DNA from: Candidatus Binatia bacterium
Lineage (GTDB): Bacteria; Desulfobacterota; Binatia; Bin18
Direction of reading: 5' to 3'
NCBI GenBank assembly: GCA_963664395.2
Contig: OY761159.2
Coordinates: forward strand, 4,640,001-4,704,000
Length of the DNA: 64,000 nucleotides
The notes under the pieces were generated by a model, which was given only the letters and a program-made list of their open reading frames with translations, made no database searches and was not told the DNA's origin. Numbering within the stretch: the stretch's first letter is position 1; every line of letters begins with the position of its first letter. The position numbers and the translations under genes were made by a program. Of this stretch, positions 10,879 through 19,317 are shown in pieces.

Positions 10879-10977
10879 GACCGTGAGATAAGGGGATGCG
10901 GCTCCATCCCCCAGCCGGGTGGCCTCCCAGCCACCCGGCCAAAGATCAATACGGTCGCCACGGAAAAGGACCGAATC

Positions 10978-12249
10978 CTACGCACTTCGCCGCCGCCGGC
11001 CTCCCGGCCTGAAGTGTCGGATAGACCCACTGGCCAGACGCGCTCCACGCGAGGCATCCCGCTTCGCAAATCGGCGGATAGTGAAATGGGTTGGTTCAAA
11101 GCCTTTAATCATCTTGCGTGAGATCTCTGTGCCTAAAAGACTTTCGATTGCGCGGACTGCTTCGACCTCGTCGGACGAGGCAAACGTAAGCGCATCCCCT
11201 GTGGCCGTCGCTCGCGCGGTGCGGCCGATGCGGTGGACGTAATCTTCCGGGCGGTTGGGGACGTCAAAATTCACAACATGAGAAATTCCCTCAACGTCAA
11301 GGCCACGCGCGGCAACGTCGGTTGCGACTAAGACATCAACCTTTCCGCTCTTAAAGTTGTTGAGAACTTGTGTACGGACGTGCTGGCTCTTATCGCCGTG
11401 TAGAGCGGCCACACGCCGATTCGTCTGGGAAAGACGTTTGGATAATCGTTCCGCACGGACCTTTGTCCGCGTAAAGATAAGAACGTGCTTGAGATTCCCA
11501 TGCTGGAGGAGATAATGCAGGAGATCATTTTTCTGTTCGGCTTCAACCAAATAGAGTACGTGGCGTAGAGTCGCTACAGGCGTAGCGCGGCGCCCGACAT
11601 CAATCACCTCGGGTTCTCTCAAGGTATCTTGCGCAAGGCGCTCAATCTCTTGTGGCATGGTCGCTGAAAACAAGAGCGTTTGGCGCGATTCAGGTATCGC
11701 GGCAAGGATACGCCGGACATCGGGTAAAAAGCCCATATCGAGCATACGGTCAGCTTCGTCCAAGACGAGCACTTCGACATTGGCAAGCGAGACGTTGCCT
11801 CGGTTCAAGTGATCGAGGAGTCGTCCGGGTGTTGCGATTAACAGTTCCACCCCGCGACGGAGTTGATCAGCTTGGGGGCCGAGCCCGACACCGCCGTAGA
11901 CCACGGTTGACCGGACTGGCACGTATTTCCCGTAGGTTCGAGCACTTTCCCCTATTTGTACGGCGAGTTCGCGAGTCGGTGTCAGCACTAAAGCCCGTAC
12001 TTCCCCCCGCTCTTCTTGGGCGAAACGTTGAAGTATGGGAAGAAGAAATCCGGCAGTCTTTCCCGTTCCAGTCTGAGCACAAGCGAGCATATCTTTGCCA
12101 TCCAGGGCAACTGGAATTGCTTGTGTCTGAACAGGAGTCGGCGTTTCGTATTGCGCGTCTTCAAGAGCGCGTAAGAGCTCGGGCATCAGCCTGAGCCCAG
12201 AAAAACCAGAACAATCAGAAAGACCATTATTCGTACTATCTAGCGTCAA
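10978..12249 (-). CDS. rhlE: DEAD-box RNA helicase (RhlE-like)
   Basis: Q motif PTPVQ, AQTGTGKT, PTRELA, TPGRL, DEAD, SAT, ARGLD, HRIGRT; basic C-terminal tail. Confidence 0.9.
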   Translation of the reverse strand: MTLDSTNNGLSDCSGFSGLRLMPELLRALEDAQYETPTPVQTQAIPVALDGKDMLACAQTGTGKTAGFLLPILQRFAQEERGEVRALVLTPTRELAVQIGESARTYGKYVPVRSTVVYGGVGLGPQADQLRRGVELLIATPGRLLDHLNRGNVSLANVEVLVLDEADRMLDMGFLPDVRRILAAIPESRQTLLFSATMPQEIERLAQDTLREPEVIDVGRRATPVATLRHVLYLVEAEQKNDLLHYLLQHGNLKHVLIFTRTKVRAERLSKRLSQTNRRVAALHGDKSQHVRTQVLNNFKSGKVDVLVATDVAARGLDVEGISHVVNFDVPNRPEDYVHRIGRTARATATGDALTFASSDEVEAVRAIESLLGTEISRKMIKGFEPTHFTIRRFAKRDASRGARLASGSIRHFRPGGRRRRSA

Positions 12250-12504
12250 AGGACCATCTCTTTCTCCGTGCTGCCCAGGTGCGCGGACGGGTATGAGCGC
12301 TGACCATGCGTCAGCACATCGTGTTACTATGCAGAACCTGGGAAACGTGGAACTCGGGTCTGGGCAACCAGAGACCCGCTTCTGAGCGGGATTTCTTACA
12401 AGGGAAAAGAGACCTGCTCGCGGTTCGTTCTTCTATTATATAGACCCAGCATACCTGACAAACAGTGAAAATACTAGCCGGAGATTCTTTTTTTTAACTG
12501 GCCC

Positions 12505-12906
12505 CTAGGCGAGTTCAGTCTTGCGCTTCGTCAGGATGAGGGCCGATCCCAGCGAGACCCCAACCGCAACAATGGAGTAGAGGAGGTAGAAGAGACCCAA
12601 CTGATTGGCCTCTGGGGCAGCGCGGTACACAAAGAGCAAGAGGTTCACAATGACATACAGCGCATACGCATGCGCCATGCCCACAACGAAACGTTTCATA
12701 TTCCAGATGCCGTAGGCATAGACGAGCAAATAGAGGCCGGCCACGATGCCGGCTATCGTGTTTGGCATCCCGGACAACCGAGAACCAAAGAGCACAAAGC
12801 CGGTCTCCTCATTAATTTGGAGGGGTTTCAGCAAATTTGATATGGCTAAGATGGCAAACAGGACAGCAAAGACCGTGAGTACGCTACCACGTTCAGCTTG
12901 AGCCAT
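12505..12906 (-). CDS. Hypothetical four-TM membrane protein
   Basis: Four hydrophobic segments; AAGGAGG before the ATG. Confidence 0.75.
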   Translation of the reverse strand: MAQAERGSVLTVFAVLFAILAISNLLKPLQINEETGFVLFGSRLSGMPNTIAGIVAGLYLLVYAYGIWNMKRFVVGMAHAYALYVIVNLLLFVYRAAPEANQLGLFYLLYSIVAVGVSLGSALILTKRKTELA

Positions 12907-13047
12907 TGGGCCTCCTTGTGATCTGAGGCCTCAGGTTACAATACTTCCCACAGCCCAAGCAAGCGCGAGCGACAGGTAGCAATACCCGGAGAGTTCCGAT
13001 ACCAGAATCAGAGTCGAAAATACGCTGACACCTGAGAGGGGATAGTT

Positions 13048-13827
13048 ATGACAATACAACTACGTCAGATCTGTTTCGTTGCGGAGAAACTCGCGCCTGT
13101 GGTTGAAGACCTCAAATCCATATTCGGCCTGGAGGTATGTTTTGTTGATGCAGGTGTGGGCGTTTTCGGCTTAGAGAACGCCCTGTTTCCGGTGGGCTCA
13201 AACTTTTTTGAAGTCGTAGCACCGACCAAAGACAATACTGCCGCCAGCCGCTTTCTGCAACGTCGCAACGGCAATGGCGGCTATATGGTCATTTGCCAGT
13301 GCGATAGCCGCGAAACGCAACAGACCCGCAAGGCTCGGGCGGAAGAGCTGGGCGTGCGTATTGCCTGGGAGTGGGATATTCACGGCTTTCAGTGTATGCA
13401 GCTCCACCCTGGAGATACGGGCGGTGCCTTCTTTGAACTCGACTGGGACCCAAAAAATGAGCCCGAAGGGCATTGGGAACCGGCCGGTGGAGATGGTTGG
13501 GACACAGCCCGGCGGACGGATGTGGTCAGCAGCTACTCAGCCGTTGAGATGCAGTCCCAGGACCCCCGATCAATGGCCGAGAGATGGGCAGACATCGCGG
13601 GCATTCCGCTCAAGCAAGACGATCAAGGCCGCACGATCCTGGCGCTGGAGAATGCTGACGTGCGGTTTGTTGAGGCCACTGATGGACGTGGAGATGGTTT
13701 AGGGGGAATTGATATTGCTGTTGCTGATACACAGAGACTCCTGACTACGGCAGAGCAACGCGGGTGTCGCGTGTCGGACGAGCAGGTGGATGTGTGTGGC
13801 GTCCGTTTTTATCTCAAAGAGGCTTAG
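13048..13827 (+). CDS. Glyoxalase-like (VOC) domain protein
   Basis: LRQICFVA, FGLENA, FFEVVAP, RFLQRR.G.GGYMVI, QLHPGDTGG. Confidence 0.8.
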   Translation: MTIQLRQICFVAEKLAPVVEDLKSIFGLEVCFVDAGVGVFGLENALFPVGSNFFEVVAPTKDNTAASRFLQRRNGNGGYMVICQCDSRETQQTRKARAEELGVRIAWEWDIHGFQCMQLHPGDTGGAFFELDWDPKNEPEGHWEPAGGDGWDTARRTDVVSSYSAVEMQSQDPRSMAERWADIAGIPLKQDDQGRTILALENADVRFVEATDGRGDGLGGIDIAVADTQRLLTTAEQRGCRVSDEQVDVCGVRFYLKEA

Positions 13828-13917
13828 GCCAAGCACGCAGGTCGGGTGAACGAAGCGTAGCTCGGCATCACATGTCGGGCAGCGCACGCGGCAGGAACAG
13901 ATATCCTACGCCCTCCC

Positions 13918-14364
13918 CTAATTGCCGTACTTCTGATCAATAAAATCCCTGATGACTGCCGGTGGGGCTCCTGATTCAAATAACGCCTGCGCATCCTGCG
14001 CTTCGCTTAAACAGTGCATTCAGCCAGCGGCATGATCGTCCACAAAGCAATCAAGTAGGTTTCCGTGTCCCATGGACTGATCACAGCCACAGTAGCAGTG
14101 CAGGCCCGCCAACACGTCCGGGATGGTTTGGGCGATGATATAGCCCTCTTTGACTGCTCCGCCGAAGAGGGCTGGAGATAATGTGTCAGGCAGACTGGTA
14201 TGGGTTGGAAGTTTTATGACTGACTTTTTCTTTTCTTGCTCAGGCGGGGTTTCGGGAGCCGTGCTCGTCTCGGCCAAGACAAGAGCAGGAGAGAACTCTG
14301 GCACATTGAGCCCAGAACCAATCCCCAAGGCGAGCATAAGGGCGACTATCAGATGGATGACCAT
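13918..14364 (-). CDS. Secreted PCYCGC/CYCXC-motif protein, probable selenoprotein (UGA at 14020-14022 read as Sec)
   Basis: AAGGAG RBS and signal peptide; HCYCGCD..GH.NLLDCFVDDHAAG-UGA-MHCLSEA...IRDFIDQKYGN-TAG; the frame stays open for 33 codons after the UGA and ends like this family. Confidence 0.85.
13982..14008 (-). promoter_or_regulatory. Putative bacterial SECIS hairpin
   Basis: GCGCA-GGA-UGCGC stem-loop; the G-starting loop lies 23 nt after the in-frame UGA. Confidence 0.55.
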
Positions 14365-14487
14365 GCGTACGATCTCCTTTCGGTATGTGAACACACAGGG
14401 CCAGTGCTCAGGCTACCACACATCCCTACCCGGCCCAACACTGGAGTTCTGAGTGGCAACCACGCCGCCCTCTTCTCTCACATACGG

Positions 14488-15174
14488 CTACAGCACATCA
14501 AGGTGCAGGGGCTGGCGCTGGGAAAATGTATAGAGTTGGGCCGGTCGGTGAGCGCCCCGCCTTGTTTTAGAGAGCGGCTTGAGCAAACCGGAGCTGATAA
14601 TTTTTCGCCTGAAATTCCGTCGATCCAACTGACGATCGAGAATGATTTCGTAGACCTCCTGCAGTTCCGCAACCGTAAATTCCCGCGGCAGGAGACTGTA
14701 GACAATATTCGCGTAGCCCAGTTTGCTTTGGAGCCGTTGCAGCGCATATTCGGCTATCGCATTATGATCATAGGCAAGCGCGGGTAAGTCGTGCACCGGG
14801 AACCAATCAATGTCCGCATATTTTTCCCCGAGATGGGGAGTCTGCGCAAGCGGCGGGACGAGCGCAAAATAAGAGACCGACACGGTTCGCGCGGATGGGT
14901 CTCGGGTAGCACTTCCAAACGTATACAGTTGCTCCAGATAGAGGTCCCGTACTCCTGTTTTTTCATACAGCTCACGCTGGGCCGCATCGTCGAGCGATTC
15001 GTCCAACTGCACAAGGCCACCGGGGAAAGCCCAGCGACCCGCGAATCCACCTTTCTTAATCTTCACCAAAAGAGCGCGTAAGGCACCCTGAGTGATGGTA
15101 AAGAGCACCGAGTCAACGGCTACACGCGGATGAATTTGTTTTGCGGTACGCTGGCCTCCGTTTGATCTGCCCAC
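14488..15174 (-). CDS. nrtR: NrtR-family Nudix-related transcriptional regulator
   Basis: WAFPGG..ESLDDAAQREL.EKTG Nudix domain, YLEQLYTF, RDP, LAYDH; wHTH with LD.RNFRRK..G..RPA.LY; directly downstream of nadA. Confidence 0.9.
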   Translation of the reverse strand: MGRSNGGQRTAKQIHPRVAVDSVLFTITQGALRALLVKIKKGGFAGRWAFPGGLVQLDESLDDAAQRELYEKTGVRDLYLEQLYTFGSATRDPSARTVSVSYFALVPPLAQTPHLGEKYADIDWFPVHDLPALAYDHNAIAEYALQRLQSKLGYANIVYSLLPREFTVAELQEVYEIILDRQLDRRNFRRKIISSGLLKPLSKTRRGAHRPAQLYTFSQRQPLHLDVL

Positions 15175-15183
15175 AGGAGCACA

Positions 15184-16197
15184 CTATGCATTGAGTTCAA
15201 GCATGCGGTCAAGTGAACGCTGGGCACCGATACGCGTCTCTTCCGGCAGCGTAATCTCAAAACGTCCTTCACGCAGAGAGTCACGCACCCCTTCGAGCGT
15301 AATCATCTTCATGTAGGCACACAATTTACAGCTCTTGTAGAATTTCTTTTCTGGGACTTCCAACAGCAAGCGGTCCGACAGGCCGCACTCCGTGACGATC
15401 AGAAACTCTTGAGCCGGGCTTTCTTTGGCGTAGCGCATCATCGCACTCGTTGAGAGGACGGCATCGGCTAATGCGATCACATCTTCCCGGCACTCGGGAT
15501 GGACGAGCACTGACACCTGCGGGAGTTTGTCCCGTACCTCTTGAATCTGCTCCGGCGTGATCTGATGATGAACGTAGCAGTTGCCCTCCCACGCAATAAT
15601 GTTCTTGTGGGTTTCGTTTTGGACATAGCGGGCCAAGTTCTCATCTGGCACAAAGAGGATGTTCTCCGTGTCGAGCGCCTCTACTACTTGGACCGCATTC
15701 GACGAGGTGCAACACACATCAGACTCGGCTTTGACATCCGCAGTCGTGTTGACGTAGCAGACCACTTGGAGATCGGGATACACTTTGCGTAGCTCTTCTT
15801 TCCGATCAGCCAAGGCATCCCCCGTAATACTCTCAGCCAGGGAGCAACCAGCCCGCAGGTCAGGGAGTAGTACTGTTCGCTCAGGATTCACGATCTTGGC
15901 GGTTTCGGCCATAAAGTGGACACCACAAAAGACAACAACCTCAGACTCAACCTGTTTTGACTGGCGGGCTAATTCGAGTGAATCGCCGATCACGTCAGCC
16001 ACCTCAAAAATCTCCGGACGTTGGTAATTGTGGGCCAGGATGACGGCGTTATGCTGGTGCTTCAGCTTGTGAATCTCATGAATCCAGTCTGCGTATTGGG
16101 TGCAAGCGTCCAGCGTATAGCCGCTGTCGAGTTGAGCCAGGTGCTCGTAGAGTTGGTGCGGAGTCTTTTCTTGAGGGCTGGTCAATCCGTTGTGCAT
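15184..16197 (-). CDS. nadA: Quinolinate synthase A
   Basis: ILAHNYQRPEI, GDSLEL, FCGVHFMAETAK, AGCSLA, YVNT, CYVH, HPEC, C.YMK. Confidence 0.96.
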   Translation of the reverse strand: MHNGLTSPQEKTPHQLYEHLAQLDSGYTLDACTQYADWIHEIHKLKHQHNAVILAHNYQRPEIFEVADVIGDSLELARQSKQVESEVVVFCGVHFMAETAKIVNPERTVLLPDLRAGCSLAESITGDALADRKEELRKVYPDLQVVCYVNTTADVKAESDVCCTSSNAVQVVEALDTENILFVPDENLARYVQNETHKNIIAWEGNCYVHHQITPEQIQEVRDKLPQVSVLVHPECREDVIALADAVLSTSAMMRYAKESPAQEFLIVTECGLSDRLLLEVPEKKFYKSCKLCAYMKMITLEGVRDSLREGRFEITLPEETRIGAQRSLDRMLELNA

Positions 16198-16222
16198 AAT
16201 CGCTCTCCAGTTGATACGCTTC

Positions 16223-16270
16223 AGTTTGCGTAATATAGACGCATACTTTTACGTCATTCTGACGCAAACT
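16223..16270. promoter_or_regulatory. Two tandem palindromic NrtR operator sites upstream of nadA
   Basis: agtttgcGT-aatatag-ACgcatact (16223-16247) and ctttta-cGT-cattctg-ACgcaaact (16246-16270); both have the GT-N7-AC core of NrtR boxes. Confidence 0.75.
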
Positions 16271-16302
16271 AGAGATGGTTGTCAACCGGAGTGGGAGAAG
16301 GC

Positions 16303-17337
16303 TCAGGCGGGCACGGAGTCAACGGCCGGCGGGTGCTCTCGTGGGGAGAGCGGGTGCTGGCTGCGATATTCCAAAAACTGGCCGACCAGCTGGTAATAGT
16401 GCTGCCGGCTACTGAGTTCCTTCATGGCTAAACGCAGCGGCCGACAGGGCCCAAAAGACTTTGCATACCAGTCTATGGTCTTCCTGAATTGAGTACAAGC
16501 CAAGTGCTCTCCTCGCTGCTGCACCGCTCGTTCAAAATGACGTGTCATAAAGGCAACGCGGGCTACTAATGGTGGTGCAGGCGGAGCCGGCTGCCCCAGC
16601 AGGCCGGCCTGAATATCATGGAAGACCCAGGGGTTGGTCAGTGCCCCGCGGCCGATCACAAGACCCGCGCAGCCCGTTTCTTCCAGCATATGTTTCGCTG
16701 TTTCCGCGTCACACACATCGCCGTTTCCGAAAACGGGCATGGCCTGTACGGATTCCACAACCGAGCGAATACCGTCAAGATTGACCGACCCACGAAAGGC
16801 TCCTGCTCGCGTTCGTCCGTGAATTGTGAGGGCCGCAACACCCACGTCTTCAAGAATAGGCGCGAGCAGGGGCGCATCAAGTTGCGTATGGCCCCAGCCC
16901 AGGCGCGTCTTTACCGTCACCGGAATTTTGACCGCCCGCGTCACCGTTCGGACGAACGCTCCGGTTTTTTTCGGATCTTTTAACATGGCCGCGCCGGCGC
17001 CGATTTTGATGACCTTTTCAACCGGGCAACCCATGTTGATATCAATGACATCCGCTCCCTGCTCTTCAAGCCAGACTGCTGCATCCCGGACTTCTTCGGC
17101 CACCGGACCAAAGAGTTGGACGCTCAGCGGGCTATCTTCCGGACACGTTTCAATCAGTTCAAACGCGCGACGATTTTTTTCGAGTAAAGACCGGGCATGG
17201 ACTAGTTCGGTTGTCGCCAGACCGAAACCACCCACCTCGCGCATACACCACCGAAACGGCAGAGTCGTGTAGCCTGCGAGGGGGGCCAGGAGCAAATTGG
17301 CAGCAAGCGGGAGAGTACCTATCTGTATCGGTGTCAT
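16303..17337 (-). CDS. dusB: tRNA-dihydrouridine synthase B
   Basis: LAPLAG, VQLFG, DINMGCP, PVTVKTRLGW, HGRT, GNGDV, GRGALTNPW; start moved to ATG 17337. Confidence 0.9.
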   Translation of the reverse strand: MTPIQIGTLPLAANLLLAPLAGYTTLPFRWCMREVGGFGLATTELVHARSLLEKNRRAFELIETCPEDSPLSVQLFGPVAEEVRDAAVWLEEQGADVIDINMGCPVEKVIKIGAGAAMLKDPKKTGAFVRTVTRAVKIPVTVKTRLGWGHTQLDAPLLAPILEDVGVAALTIHGRTRAGAFRGSVNLDGIRSVVESVQAMPVFGNGDVCDAETAKHMLEETGCAGLVIGRGALTNPWVFHDIQAGLLGQPAPPAPPLVARVAFMTRHFERAVQQRGEHLACTQFRKTIDWYAKSFGPCRPLRLAMKELSSRQHYYQLVGQFLEYRSQHPLSPREHPPAVDSVPA

Positions 17338-17383
17338 GATTTCAAAGAGACCGTCAACAGTTGAAAAGGAGTAGCGTGCTTCA

Positions 17384-19309
17384 TTATCGCCGGTCAAACT
17401 GGCGTTCGAGCTGGCGCACCGAATAGCGGACCATGGTTGGCCGGCCATGCGGGCAGGTAAATGGTGAGGTACAATCCAGAAGCGTTTTCACCAGGGCGTG
17501 CATGGCCTCCGGGGTCAGCGTCTGGCCGGCTTTAATCGATTTCACCTTGCAGGCGATACGTGCCGCTAAGTCCTCCTGCTTGGCCTCAATGGAATTATCC
17601 GAGCGTCCTTCGGCCTGGGCTTCAGCAAGTTCACGGATCAGGTCCGGAGTATCTGCCGGCCGGAAATAGGCCGGCGCGGCCTGCACCTGAAAGGAGTTAC
17701 CCCCAAACGGCTGAATGTCAAAACCGATGAGCGCCAGATAGTCGTGGAGTTCCTCCAATATACCAGATGCGGCGGGAGACAAATCAAAGGTAATCGGTAT
17801 GAGCAAGGGCTGCACCGCGCTGTGCTTGTGTCGCAAGCCGTCAAGCACCTGCTCGTACGTAATACGCTCGTGCGCTGCGTGCTGATCCACAATCCAGAGT
17901 TCGCCTTCCACTTCAACCAAGACAAACAGTTCATGACTCTGCCCGACTACACGAAATTCGGTGCCATCAGGCCGTTGCCACAAGGCCGTTTGTAAGGAGG
18001 CCGGGGTTAGCGGGGCTGCCTCCGACTCGTGGACCAGCGGCTTGTCCAGCATGCGCAATTTTCGCAAGTCCGGCTCGGACTGAGGCGCATAGGAGCCGGG
18101 AGAAGGCACGGTCTTTTGGCCTCTTTGGGGTCTCGGATAATCAGCCGGGTCGGGTCTCGGGACCGAGCTGTCTAATGCCTGACTGTCCGTTCGCGCCTGA
18201 CTCTCAGCGCGGCGTGGAGACATATCTTTGGTTCGGCTGTCAGCATGTCGATTGCTGTGTGGCAGGTCAGAGCCGGGAATATCAATTTTTTTGAACAGGT
18301 TGGCTTGATTGAGGTTGTTCCGGACGGTCTGGACGACCAGCCGGAGGAGTTCGCGTTCCGCTTTGAATTTTACTTCGCGCTTGGTGGGATGGACGTTGAC
18401 GTCAACCTGGTCAGTCGGGACAGTCAGAAAGAGCACCCCCAGGGGGAAACGGCCCGCCGCTAAGAGTTCCCCGTAGCCGCGACTCAAGGCAGACGATAAG
18501 GGCTGGCTTTTCACCGGACGTTCATTCACGAAGAAGTATTGTCCGGTCCGGGTATTTCGGGTACGGCTGGGTGGACTGATGAGGCCAGTTACCCCAACGC
18601 CCTCTTCAGCCAAGGTTGCTTCCGCACTCGGGAGCGGGAGGAATTCCCGGGCCCAATCCTTCCCTAAAACCGCACGTGCACGCAGGGCGATCTCACCGTG
18701 AGGAGGCGCATGAAACACCTCGCGTCCGTCTGACTGAAAGCGGAAGTGTATGGACGGTTGTGACAGCGCCAGGGCAACCAACACCTCATGCACCTGATGA
18801 CTTTCGGCGGTCGGTGATTTGAGGAAGGCCCGCCGCGGTGGGGTGTTAAAAAACAAATGGCGCGCGGTCACCGTCGTTCCCCGCGAACAGCCAGCAGGGG
18901 TTGTCTCTATAGGCGCACCACCGGCCGCCCGAACGCGCACACCTTCAATGGCATCCGTTGTCCGCGAGAGCAATTCGACCTGCGTGACAGCCGCAATGCT
19001 CGCCAGCGCCTCACCCCGAAATCCTAAGCTTGTCAGGAGAAAGAGATCATTGCTGGATTGTATTTTACTGGTCGCGTGGCGCTGGAAGGCGAGCGGCGCA
19101 TCCTCCGGCGTCAGGCCGCTCCCGTCGTCTTGGACGACGATTTCATCGATCCCGCCTTTGGTAATCGACACGCTGATTGAGCGCGCGCCGGCGTCAATCG
19201 CATTTTCGACCAGTTCTTTGACAATCGAGGCCGGACGCTCAATGACTTCGCCAGCCCGGAGCTGCTCAATCGTGTGCGAATCCAGCAGATGAATACGGTC
19301 CATGCCCAT
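17384..19309 (-). CDS. mutL: DNA mismatch repair endonuclease MutL
   Basis: AGEVIERPAS, RHATSKI, GFRGEALASI, VDVNVHPTKREV, DQHAAHER, ACK, CPHGRP. Confidence 0.97.
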   Translation of the reverse strand: MGMDRIHLLDSHTIEQLRAGEVIERPASIVKELVENAIDAGARSISVSITKGGIDEIVVQDDGSGLTPEDAPLAFQRHATSKIQSSNDLFLLTSLGFRGEALASIAAVTQVELLSRTTDAIEGVRVRAAGGAPIETTPAGCSRGTTVTARHLFFNTPPRRAFLKSPTAESHQVHEVLVALALSQPSIHFRFQSDGREVFHAPPHGEIALRARAVLGKDWAREFLPLPSAEATLAEEGVGVTGLISPPSRTRNTRTGQYFFVNERPVKSQPLSSALSRGYGELLAAGRFPLGVLFLTVPTDQVDVNVHPTKREVKFKAERELLRLVVQTVRNNLNQANLFKKIDIPGSDLPHSNRHADSRTKDMSPRRAESQARTDSQALDSSVPRPDPADYPRPQRGQKTVPSPGSYAPQSEPDLRKLRMLDKPLVHESEAAPLTPASLQTALWQRPDGTEFRVVGQSHELFVLVEVEGELWIVDQHAAHERITYEQVLDGLRHKHSAVQPLLIPITFDLSPAASGILEELHDYLALIGFDIQPFGGNSFQVQAAPAYFRPADTPDLIRELAEAQAEGRSDNSIEAKQEDLAARIACKVKSIKAGQTLTPEAMHALVKTLLDCTSPFTCPHGRPTMVRYSVRQLERQFDRR

Positions 19310-19317
19310 GCCTCAGA

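Noticed and set aside
14020-14022. Nonsense mutation (pseudogene) reading of the TGA
   Set aside because: It falls at a Cys-equivalent position with an intact downstream frame and a hairpin, so Sec recoding fits better
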